The notes beneath the pieces are model-generated. The model was not told where the DNA came from. It saw only the letters and a list, made by a program, of their open reading frames with translations, and did not search any database. Made by a program: the position numbers and the translations under genes. This document shows positions 40,584 through 51,435 of a DNA stretch of 64,000 bases, piece after piece (within the stretch, counting starts at the first letter, position 1; each line of letters starts with the position of its first letter). The stretch lies in NCBI GenBank assembly GCA_052327205.1, contig CM126213.1:111538001-111602000 (forward strand). The letters are read 5' to 3'. This DNA comes from Somniosus microcephalus. Taxonomy: Eukaryota.

Positions 40584-41813
40584 TTAGTGTATTAGAGGGT
40601 TTGAAGAGGGCCCCTGGTTTTGATGTGTGAAGTAATCAGAAAGTCCTCCAGAAAGTCCTGTGGAGAAACTTGGCAAAGAAGGTCTTAGAGACTCACAGGG
40701 GAGAGTTGAAGGCGCCTGTGGAGACGTGGAGGACGCTGTCCTAGCCGTCATTGAAGTGCTGCTTTGAGAAGTCATTGAAGGGTGCGGAACATGAGGGAAA
40801 AAGTAACTCGTCTGTCCTGCCAGCAGATTCACCGAGCAGGGGTTTAACGAATATGTGCCTGAGCACGGAACAGACAAACCACACGGCACCGAGGCAGCCA
40901 AGGCGGCTGCAGCCGTTAGGTGGTGGGTGGCATAAGGAATCTCTCCGTTAACAAGTCTATCTACACTTAGCCCATTTGATGTTGGAAATGAGTGGTTGTT
41001 TGCCAGAGAGTTCTGAGTTAACACCGAGCTGTAGGACATCGGGTGGCTTGGGTAAGGTGAGGTGGTTCCATTATAACTTAAGGTACTGCTGGCTCGGGGA
41101 TGGTGGAGGGATAGGAATGGAGAAACAGGCCAATATAAGGAACCTGCCCTATCCATAAATGTCAGTCCAGTCGAGGTGAGGCGCGCTCCCCGCTTGAAAG
41201 CTAACTTTGCTCTCGATGTTGTGGATCTCCTGCGAAGTTTCCCCGTGGTGCCACCTATAAAGACGTCGTCACTAGATGGATCCAACATCCAGTAGTTCCC
41301 CTTCCCAGGATCATCATAGTGCCTCGGAACTTTTACGAAACACTTGTTCAGACTCAAATTGTGTCTAATAGAGTTTTGCCAGCCTTGCTTGTTCTCTCTG
41401 TAATAAGGGAAGTTCTTCATGATAAACTCATAGATGCCATTCAGTGTCAGTCGTTTTTCTGGACTCTGTCGGATTGCCATCATGATCAGGGCATTATAAC
41501 TGAACGGAGGCTTTTCATATTTGCCATTTTTCTTCTCCCCTTCCTTTCCACCGTCCGCTTCTTTGCCGTCGGCCTTCTTCTCTTCCTGCTTCTCCTTGTC
41601 TTCGGCGCAGGGCGGCTCCGCCGAGCTGCTGTCACTTTTGCTGAGAATATTTTCAGACTTGGACTCCGCCGTTGGCAAAATGTTTTTGTCCTCCTCTTCG
41701 GGGGCCGATCGGTGACGGTTGTCACTTTGCACCGCTTCGGGCACCAGGCTGTTTATGCTGAACGATGATTTCGGAATCATTTTCACTTCTTTCTTATCTC
41801 CCATGTCCAACAT
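40584..41813 (-). CDS. FOXG1: Forkhead box protein G1 (brain factor 1), intronless, 409 aa
   Basis: N-terminus [29 protein letters not shown] (eh1 motif FSINSLV), forkhead domain [31 protein letters not shown]...[23 protein letters not shown]-terminus [27 protein letters not shown] at 41813; the ORF-track start at 41840 is a GTG. Confidence 0.98.
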   Translation of the reverse strand: MLDMGDKKEVKMIPKSSFSINSLVPEAVQSDNRHRSAPEEEDKNILPTAESKSENILSKSDSSSAEPPCAEDKEKQEEKKADGKEADGGKEGEKKNGKYEKPPFSYNALIMMAIRQSPEKRLTLNGIYEFIMKNFPYYRENKQGWQNSIRHNLSLNKCFVKVPRHYDDPGKGNYWMLDPSSDDVFIGGTTGKLRRRSTTSRAKLAFKRGARLTSTGLTFMDRAGSLYWPVSPFLSLHHPRASSTLSYNGTTSPYPSHPMSYSSVLTQNSLANNHSFPTSNGLSVDRLVNGEIPYATHHLTAAAALAASVPCGLSVPCSGTYSLNPCSVNLLAGQTSYFFPHVPHPSMTSQSSTSMTARTASSTSPQAPSTLPCESLRPSLPSFSTGLSGGLSDYFTHQNQGPSSNPLIH

Positions 41814-41874
41814 CACACACAGGTAAAATTGCAGCAGCACAGTTGGACCGCAATCGCAAACGCTGGCAACTCAT
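41794..41874 (-). other. Overlapping upstream ORF, 26 aa [26 protein letters not shown]
   Basis: ATG at 41874 is 61 nt upstream of the main ATG and out of frame. The frame reads through Met1 and Met4 to TAA at 41796-41794. Confidence 0.7.
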
Positions 41875-41894
41875 GTAGTAAAAAAAAAGAGCCA

Positions 41895-41947
41895 CTACTT
41901 CATGTTCTTAAAAACACGTCGAGCCGAGCCAGCTTGCTGCAATTCAT
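41895..41947 (-). other. Two further short uORFs: MNCSKLARLDVFLRT* (41947-41900) and MK* (41903-41895), sharing an ATGA overlap
   Basis: Minus strand GAAATGAATTGC...AGAACATGAAGTAG. Whether they are transcribed depends on the unmapped TSS. Confidence 0.45.
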
Positions 41948-41949
41948 TT

Positions 41950-42830
41950 CGGACCCTGGGCGCTGGGCTCCAAACACTCGCTGCAACCTTTTCACTCGCT
42001 GCCCAATCGCAGCCCGCACCGCGCCTGTGCGTCGGCCCGGCCCGCAGCCAATCAGCGCGGCGCCCCGCCGCCTCCGCGGAGGGATACAGCCAAAGGGCGG
42101 GAGAGGGGGGGAGGAGGAGGCCGCGTCACTCCGCCTCCGGGCCCACTCTCTCTCTCACCATCGACTCTTCCAATCCCACAATACACATGCATTACATTCA
42201 CCACTCCGCCCGGATAATAGCGTTCGGTACGTCAATATTTTATGTTATTGTTGAAAGTTTGTTTATACTTTCAAGGAAGGGAATTAAAATAGAGGAGGGA
42301 GAGGCGCGGTACTACTTTATATCTCCGAGGGCGCAATCCCAGTTTCCAAAAAAACCCAATAATCTGAAAACTGGTTCGGAATTCGGGATTGATTTATTTG
42401 TACCGGTTTCCCAATGATCACACCCTATTCCCGAGTTGGCGTGTGTTTTTTTGGATGTGCGGGAGTGAGGAGAACTTGGAGTTGATGTAGTGCTGCTGGA
42501 AGTTGTCCTGTGGCAGTCGGACAACAACCGCGGCGAGCGCGGGACCGCTGGAAGCCCCGCCTGATCCGGAGCGCTGCCTCCTCAATCCTCACCCTGTCCT
42601 GTCCAGCCCAGCCCTCCTTACCCTGTCCTGTCCAGCCCAGCCCTCCTCACCCTCGGCCCCTCACACACACACACAGACCCAAATATCCGCGCAATGTGCC
42701 GAGTCCATTAAACCTCCGCATCATTCGCTCCGATTCTTTTCCTGTCAGTCATCTCGGAACCATGATGGCGGATGCGGGCAATCATTTCCAGATTGATTAT
42801 AATTTTATATCGGCCCAAATACAATAAAAT
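41950..42830 (-). promoter_or_regulatory. FOXG1 CpG-island promoter
   Basis: GC/CpG-dense DNA with CCAAT at 42003 and 42048 (plus strand), GC boxes (CCCCGCC 42063, GGGCGG 42095), a half-CRE CGTCA near 42124, and no obvious TATA box. Confidence 0.8.
42586..42653. repeat. 29-bp tandem duplication (~2.3 copies) in the upstream promoter
   Basis: ACCCTGTCCTGTCCAGCCCAGCCCTCCT(T/C) starts at 42591 and again at 42620. Confidence 0.9.
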
Positions 42831-45689
42831 CCGGGCTCTCTAGACCAAACTATGTATTGCTTACAACCAATGAAGGCCTAAGATTCCAATGTTAGGCTAT
42901 AGATCAGTGTTGCTGGGCTGATGAACGAGTCTTTAAACGTGTTGTACACCCTGCCTTCTTTATATAATCCTTTGTTCCATTTCTTAAAGATTAACTATTA
43001 ATTGATTAAGATACTTATAAGAATAACGAAAGTAGCGAATGACTGCGCAAGTATTTCCCGCTGTGCTTATCGCCTCAGAGCTGTATGCGAGCTTTCTGTT
43101 TGCTGCAATGTCTTACCAAGTGTTGACATTTATATAATGTGCTTTACTGGGTTATTTGGGGTTGGGGTATTTCCTTCGACAGGGTCACGACAAGTGAAGC
43201 CAGGACGCCGCGTTCCGTGCAGACGTTAAGCTGGGACTGTACCAAGCGGCTGGATCCATCAAATCGAAGAGTGTCCCAACACTGTGTGCACTGAACTCCT
43301 GAACCAACCGGCCGGCCAATGTATTCGGATTACATTATCGTGGTAAAACATGTGTTAAATAAACGGCGGCTCTCGTTTTAACCCAACTATATAGCGGGAG
43401 TCAAATACAAACATGTACTGTCTCTGCTTCTGTTTATCGCAGGCTCTTTCGCACTTTGGCCTGCCCATCCATAAAGTGCTAAGTATTTTAAACGAATACC
43501 TGCAAAATAGCATTAAACGTCGGTTAAAAGAAATAACCTGCATACTAATGCAAAATGTATTTACCTGGAGCTTTTGGGGCAGGATGATAAATGATGTGGT
43601 GCACGGCATTGATTAATAATGTATTTTTAAAGCTTTTTTAAAGCTAGGTCTTTAGAAAGAGACTGTGTTATATTTTTCAGCCACTGAGCTAACCTATAAA
43701 GTATTAAAAAAGTCATCCGAGAAATTAAATATTTGCACCCTTTTGATGTGGTAATACTGTATATTGTATAAATCAGCTGAGGGAGTTCTCCATTTTAAAA
43801 CAGTGGAATATCTGAGGCCAAAAGGTCACCAGTAAAATCTGTGCAAGGTCGTAAATTGTTTCATATGCCGTGTATGTGTGGGTGCGCGCACGTATTTAAA
43901 GAAAGCAAATTGTGAACCGTTCGCTTATTTTCTACGTATATATTTAAAGTCTAGTCTGACCTGCTCGTTTTCTTACTCAGTCTAGCATGAAATGATTTAG
44001 CGTAACCGGATTCCTGGAAAAGGACAGGTTACATAAACATTTACTGATGTGGAGTAACTATAGTACTTGTACTCTGATATGCAGGAAGGAAAGTGTTGAT
44101 TAACACGAAGAAAAAAACGAGATTAGCTGATTGCATGCTCATATGCGCAAGTCGTCATTGAATTGTTTTTAAAAAAATAGACACAGCTGTTGTTTGCATT
44201 GAACCTCTGTTGTTGCTGTGATTTAGCAGTACTTAAATCAGCATTTTTGTATAACAATTTCGAATCGTTTACAAATGTGTATTCCACACTGATTTTGGAA
44301 CACTGAAAGAAAGAAGCAAACCGTGTTAGTTCTGATGTATTACAATATTTTAATTCTGCTTGTTTAACATAATTTAAGTTTCAAAAGTTGGCCCAAAAGA
44401 AAATAGGTTTCATGTTTACTCAGGAAGCCTAACAGACTGGTACAGATGTTAAACATTTTGAATTGGGTGTTAAAGATTCGATGAACCATAAGGTTGTCTA
44501 AAGTGAACTTTTTATTTTTGATAGGATAATTAGACTCTAAACAGGCGAGTAAATATACATTTATTTCAAATCGTTTTATCCCTCACAATAGGTCAAAATG
44601 ACAGTTTTGAAATTGCTGCAGGAACTAACAAAGACAGACAACATAAACTTTAAAGAAAAATAGTAATAATAATTAACAATGGGTAATAATGTGAATGCAC
44701 AATGTTAACACACTCAAGAGTGAACCAAAAAGCAAAAACAGGAGAAAGGCAAAATAGCGAGAGCTACTGATAAGTGCATTGGAATTAGTCTGGAGCCAAG
44801 GCCTTTCTCCCCTTTACTATCAACTAAGAAAGGAAGCTTTAACACAACGACTTTTTAAAATCTGTCTATGTATAGAAATAGATTTATTTTTGACGGCGAT
44901 TATACGTTTCGCGTATGAAATGTTGAGGTTTTGGAAATGCAGTTTATTTTCCATTAATATTGTTTTTGTGTCTGCTGCAGAATTTTACCTTTGACCTTCA
45001 ATGAAAATAAACCCTTGCATAGAAGTGGACTCCAGGGTATCACATTGTCCCTACTGTCATGGGGAACGCAGGAACTATACACACTAAGATAATATAATAA
45101 TGCGTTATTTGACGCTCGTGTATCAGTTTGGATTTTTAAAAATACGACGTGATATTTTGGGGTATTGCACATTGAAAATGCTGCATTATTGTTGCATGTA
45201 GTTAATGCTCTAGTTAATAATATAACGGATTTATAAATGCGGTCAAATAAAGTTGGAGAATCAACCCTACCATCTCTACCATTCGTATGTGTTATTTATT
45301 AGGTTTATTGGGCTGGCACGTTTCAACAAAGATATAAGATCAGCATTACAGACCCAGAGCTGAGCTCCTGGCATTATAACCAAACGTGAAGTATGCATTA
45401 TCCGAATAAGGTATCACTACCTAATAGAATTGATGATTAAGAATAAGTTGATACCACGACATCTCTGATTTTTGATATTTTTTGCGAGCTATGCCCAAAA
45501 TGTTCTTAGGGGCGCTCATTTCACAAAAAAATACACTTGTTCTGAACTTGAACAAAAATATACTTGTGTGATTAGGCGCCGAGCAAATTATTTGTTGTAA
45601 TTTCTTTATCTGTAAGTGATCTAAGCGGGCCCTAGGTTGACAGACCTTTGAAAGAATCGGCGATTCAATTCTTATCCGAGTAACTAAGT

Positions 45690-46220
45690 AACACACTTAA
45701 CTGACGGCAGGCGCTAATAATTAGTGATTGAAAGTTTCTGTATTTAGCGTGCTGCATGTTTCTTAAGTGGTTTTTGTTACAGGTTATATTATTAGGTTTG
45801 CGAGAACAGTAGTGAACTAAACTTCCCAGTTAGTGGTCTTCGCACCAGGAAAGTGTTACTTGGTGCAGCAGCCCTGCCTCGTCACTCATTAACTCCCTGT
45901 AGGTTGTCAGCGGCTGCTCAGCACAAAAACCAGCACCAAACTAAATTAAGAGCCCGATGATTAAGATGAACGTTTACCGGCGCTGTCATTTGCAGCATCT
46001 TTCCATCATAACATTGTGTCACTGGGAAATTCTCTTGAAAACTGCAGGAAAAAAAGCACACACGCAAAGCTAGAAGAGAGCCGCTTATTCCGAGTTTGCT
46101 CCAATGCAAACAATAATGTCATGTAAATAGTAATTGTAACTGACTCAATCTGGCATCACTCAATGTATTTGAAAATAAAAATGGAAACAATATTTACGCA
46201 ATGTCAGAGTAGTGTCTTCA
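45690..46220. promoter_or_regulatory. Candidate conserved forebrain enhancer ~4 kb upstream of FOXG1
   Basis: Non-repetitive block with homeodomain (CTAATAATTAG, TCATTAA, TAAATTAA, TGATTAA), TALE (TGTCAG, CTGTCA), Sox (AACAAT) and Fox (GTAAATA) motifs. Conservation was not tested. Confidence 0.5.
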
Positions 46221-49200
46221 ACATAGGATTGGGCGAGTAGGCTTTGGTGTATAATCCATAGTCGAAATGCAGCAAATAATCTAAACAACTGTTTACATGA
46301 CAACATGGTTATCCATGAAACCTAAGTTGTTCTTTTTGTTAGCCCCAAAATACACTTTTTAAAAAGATTCATGTCCTGAGGTGCACATGTAAGCGAGATG
46401 GAAAACGCACGCACCACATTTAGGCCGTGATGAACAGTCGCTGTGAACCACTGAATTTACGTGGTGTATTGAGCTTACATCTCCAAATCCTTGTAAACGC
46501 GTCTCAACAGACTGAATAATTTACTGTGTGGGTGTTGAGTAAATCTGAGTCGGATCTCGGTATTCAGAATAATATATCACGCATTTGCACTGCAGAAGGT
46601 CTTGGCACTGAAAAAAAAGATTAACCCAGAATGGATACAAGTTCATGATGAAAGAGAGAAACTTATTTGCAACCTGCTGAACCTGGCGGAGGCAAACATA
46701 AATAATATGGTCCGACTCAGAAATAAATAATGTTGGTGAATAATTATCTAATTAGCTAAGCGCTTTTGTGTTTTTTTAGAACAATCGCCCGAAAGGATCA
46801 AATATCAAAATGATTTATTGCTGTTAATACTTTTGATTTAAGGTTGAAGTGAGCTTGAATTATGCAGCCGAACAGAACTGTATAGCAAAAATACATTTTA
46901 AAGGTTCCCATTGTTGGTGAACCTTCCGAATAACCAAGAGTTTTGGATGCTGCAAGAGTGTAGGGAATACGTACACTCTGTGATTTACAACCTTTTATAT
47001 CTTAAAATTAGCAATCTTGAAGATTCCAATCAATGCTTGCATGCAATATATACTAGAAAAATAAGAAGAAATGTAGGACCACTTCATTTATTACTTGGAA
47101 GTACTGAGTGCCCATTTCCGTTCTGAACCTGTACTCATTTAGTGACAGAGCGAGCTGGATGGTCGGAATGGCTGTTTGTTGATTCCACATTATTGTGTTC
47201 TTAAATATTGAAAACATTTGCTCCAGTGGCTGCAAAATCAGATCGCTTTTCTGCGGAATCGGCCACAAACGGCGATTAACTATAATTAATTGCATTATTG
47301 ACTCTCGCGTTTAAGCAAACCATGTTAGGCTCAGAGTTAAATTGTTTCGATAAATATGCCGCATGTGCCATGTATTGTTTAAACCACCCCGATGTAAAAC
47401 ATAAGCGACGACTCCTCCAGCGTCTTCTAATATTTATTCATCTGGGTTTTGTTCTCCGGCGGGGAGTACTTTAATTTAAATTAGAGCAATTTATGTTTGG
47501 AAGTGTTCAAATAAATAAATAATCTAAATGTATCCCAAATATTATTTTGTTATTTGTCAAGTCCCTGAATCCTTTAGTTTATTTCGATTTGTATTCTCTA
47601 ACGGGAACTCAGTAGTAACATTTTCTTCCAGATATGCGATAATGCAATTTGCAGTATTCTGTCACAGCTAAACTGTAAAACTCCATAGGCTGACAATGTG
47701 AGCTGGGTGTTTATTTTATGGGAGCGCTGCGTTGGCAAAATGATTTCAAATATTGACTTTCATCGCGAATGGTGTGACGCCTCGAATTTAAACAGGTAAA
47801 ATAATCTTTGACGTTTTCCATCGTAAGGCGAATGCGTTTCAAATGAAAAAAATTCTATTTATAAGACGGTCGACGTAACCATACAAAAATGTATAATTAC
47901 ATTTATTTTTGCTTATACCCAAATTGTTTTTAATAAAATGATGCAATCTTTTGAGCAGCAACCTTCAAAACATCGCCTCTGGCTAAACGTGCTTCTGTGG
48001 AAACTGCGACCAAAGCAGAACGCTTTAACAGACAATGTGTTATTTCATTCTGATACCGTTCACAATATTTTTCAATCTATATTAAATATTACTTGTTTAG
48101 CATCTTGTCTAGCGCAGTGTTACAAGTATTTTAAACTGCAATAGGACCGCACAAAGAAACTACGGACAAAAATCAATCCCTATGTAAACAATACTGTATC
48201 AACTGTATTGACCGAACCGTTCCTACTTTCACAAATTCTGGTGGAACTTAATTAATACCACTGTTCGTAATAGCAGTTGTTGTGGAAATCGATCTTTTAA
48301 AAGGAGAAAATCTTTAATTTTATGTATGGTTTTGACTTCAATAACTTGGCCGATAAAGTGTGAAAATTAATTGTAATGACAAGCTTGCAGTTTTAATCTC
48401 CCGTGGCCCACTGTGTCTCCTCGTAGCAGCTTTTTGTTTCCTTGTGTTTATGCGTACTCAGTTGTGCCGGGCGGGACTTGGGGGAAAAAAACAGATTGCC
48501 TGAATAAAACACTTCCATTCCTATATTCGGTGTTTAGCGTTGTTACGTGAGTTACTGTCCCGGAAATTGAAGCTTCCTTTTTAAGCTACAGTTTAAGAAA
48601 TAATTAATATTTTGTGTAAGTTTCCGCATGCGGTAATATTGGCTCCATGTTACTTTGGTATTTTATTTATAGGTGATTTTGATAATTATTCTCATTTGCT
48701 GATTCGTTCGTGTTGGTGTAATTTGCACAAGGCCAATATGAATAATTATAAATATTAAAATCGGGTTCCATCTGCAGCACAGCGAATGTCAGACTGGCGG
48801 TGACAGCGCTTTGTGTTATATCTACCTATAGCAGTTCTCCCTCAGCACATATTCCAAATGAGCTGCTTGTCTCGACACGCTCCTGTTGCAGTCTGTGCTG
48901 AGAGTACACAACATAAACAAAGCACTGCAACTACCTCCACATCATTGCCGCTCCAGCTTTCCGCTAAAACAGTCCATCCCTGGCTTGCAATGCCACGAAT
49001 GATACAACAGACAACGATGCATCATTTACGACATATTCATATCCTTTATTATTTCCTATTGGGATATAAACTTTTGTTTCCCGTAATCTACGAACCAGGC
49101 ACTCCAAGCATCCTCGGCGGAGTCATATAGATTGAAATATTAGGACTCTATGAAATATAGCTGCAAGTAACCTGTAATTATTCGAAATGCAAAAAAATAA

Positions 49201-49617
49201 AACAAACAGCACAAATTTTATTGTAACAATTTACAGAAAGTCGGAATGTGTTTATATAAATAACGAAATCTCAAAATTGAGAATCTACCATAGTACAACT
49301 GGGAACTAATTTAACGTTCTGACGGCTACCCAAGCCGTCAAATAGAGGCTTAAAGCAGAGTGACTAAATTAGGTAATAATACAGTAGTAACACAATAGCT
49401 AAACTATTACTTGTTGACGATTTGTAGCGTTGAATTAAATCGTTACAAGCGTTATGTAAGACACATCGAGCAAAACAACGTTTGCTTTTAGCACAACGCA
49501 CCAAGCTTCACAGATGGAAACAAAGAGTATTTAAAAAAACGGAGTCAGTTGTAAAGTCAGGTTCAATGGTATCCGATACATCTCCAAATGCAATCGACCT
49601 GCTCCCAAGCAATACAG

Positions 49618-49636
49618 GCACGCCACCTAGTGGAAC
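49618..49636 (-). promoter_or_regulatory. CTCF core motif
   Basis: Minus strand GTTCCACTAGGTGGCGTGC matches CCASYAGRKGGCR. Confidence 0.6.
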
Positions 49637-50728
49637 ACCTCACAATTATCTGCTGCAAATTGGAATTTCTACTGGTTGGCGTCTCCAGTCGAACGTATTG
49701 TACATGAGATAAACACAAAATACCGCTAATATGTAATAACATTAGCTTTGATGCTTCATAAATATTTACAGTTTGCAAAAGTAGACGGTGCATATAAAAC
49801 AAAAATATTTAAACAGTCGCATTGAAATTTGTGATGAGCCAGTTCATTTCTTAGCAACCACAGCATGAAAATTGTTCATTAAAGCCCACGGAAAATAAAT
49901 CGTTTCCAAAATCAGCAGGAAAGCATAGAATATGCCAATACAGCTCCTTTCGCTTTCAGTAACCCATAAAAACTTCGCGCTGATTGGTAAATAATAGAAA
50001 ATAAACATTTCCGGGGGAGTTGATATTCACTTTTATATCACACATGCTGAAATACAAATCGTCGAAAAACAATTTGGTTCATTTTTAATTTTTAATTTCT
50101 GCCTGCAATCAAAATAAGGATACCAGCAAATCCGCTGAAACAAAACTCTTGCAAAAGAGGATGAATGAATGGCTAACCATGGATATCATGTTGATCCCAT
50201 TAGTGGTGGAGACCACGGTACTCAGTAACGAGTAAATCACTAGTGAATATTGATTGACCACTTTCTCAAAACTTGAGAAAGCTATGGCCTGGGGACAGGC
50301 CGAACAAGGTTTCCCAATATTCTGCTCCCTCATTCCGACCATTAAACTTATCGGACGGTATATTTACCGTGGTAAATGGATCTTTCTCCATCGTGTCACA
50401 CTCAATTTTGTTCGCATGGCTGATGTCATTGATTAGTTAACAATTGGCACTTTATCTACATCCCTGGTTTTAAAACAATCAGGTGCATTTATTTAATAAA
50501 GATTGAATGTTAATGAAGTTGTCACAGACGTACGAGCGATGTGACTGTTTTCCTGGCTATATTTGCTGCACTTGGTAATGTGAACGACATCAACATCGAT
50601 ATAAACGGAAAGTGTGCCAGAAGCTAGGGGCCTCTTAAAATATCGAATTAATCGAAAATAAAGATTAAAAAATATGAACCAAAACGCCCGATGGCTCTGA
50701 GTATAAATGCACTGTGCGGTGTCGTACC

Positions 50729-50783
50729 TGTAGCGCTTTGGGACGTCCCCGAGTTCGTGAAAGGCGCTATATAAATACAAGTT
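50729..50783 (+). mobile_element. Deu-SINE/L2-type 3' tail fragment with CpGs intact
   Basis: AGCGCTTTGGGACGTCCCCGAGTTCGTGAAAGGCGCTATATAAATACAAGT aligns to 15063-15111 and 6531-6578. Confidence 0.7.
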
Positions 50784-50809
50784 ATTTCTAAATTATTTCT
50801 TTACTCCTA

Positions 50810-51140
50810 ATGCAGACCAAAAAGGTTCCAGGTTGGTCCCTGTTCTGTGCTGAGTAAACTGCAATGTGTGTGTGTCGGGGGGCGGCGGGGTGACCGTATT
50901 GACTATCCTAGGGAGCGGCAAAATCAGACAGGGTTCTCCCACCTGATCACTGCCCAGTGAGCCCTGCTGAAAGTGTGGATTTGGGCTTGAGAACAGATTT
51001 AGGCTGGGTTGTGATGACTCCCATGGGAATAACTTGCCAACACGTTCGGTTCATAACGCGAAGAATTATTGTTTGGGTAAAGTACACGCGGGCTCCCGGT
51101 ACCCGCGGAACTGTACCGCAGGACGAGTCAGAGTTAGAGC
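50810..51140 (+). mobile_element. Old SINE-like interspersed repeat (family not assigned)
   Basis: B-box-like AGGTTCCAGGTTGGTCCCTG followed by AAAATCAGACAGGGTTC...CCAGTGAGCCCTGCTG...GGAACTGTACC. Resembles a shark SINE family from memory only. Confidence 0.4.
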
Positions 51141-51346
51141 ATAAACCTTCTACCAACTCCATGGGTACTTAGGCCATTCATATTTGGGTCTGTAACAGGC
51201 AATTAAACTTCATGCACACATAGAATTTACAAAGTTGCAACGTTTTTAAAAAACCTTTTGTTTTTCAGGATCTATTATTGTGCCACGGAACCGATAACGT
51301 TTAGTGCCCAAGCACGCTTTGTTTGAGTCTACAATCAATTCCATGT

Positions 51347-51435
51347 CATAGAGTCATAACGGCACAGAAGGAGGCCATTCGGCCCATCGAGTCGGTACCG
51401 GTCTCTGTAGAGCAATCCAGTCAGTCCCATCCCCC
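51347..51435 (-). mobile_element. CR1 3' tail fragment
   Basis: CATAGAGTCATAACGGCACAGAAGGAGGCCATTCGGCCCATC matches 55349-55397. Confidence 0.75.

Noticed and set aside
41814-41840. N-terminal extension MLLQFYLCV from the ORF track
   Set aside because: It starts at GTG, an in-frame TGA lies 11 codons further upstream, and known FOXG1 proteins begin at MLDM (41813).
40751-42827. Plus-strand and alternative-frame ORFs over FOXG1 and its promoter
   Set aside because: Shadow ORFs of coding and GC-rich DNA with no recognisable domains.
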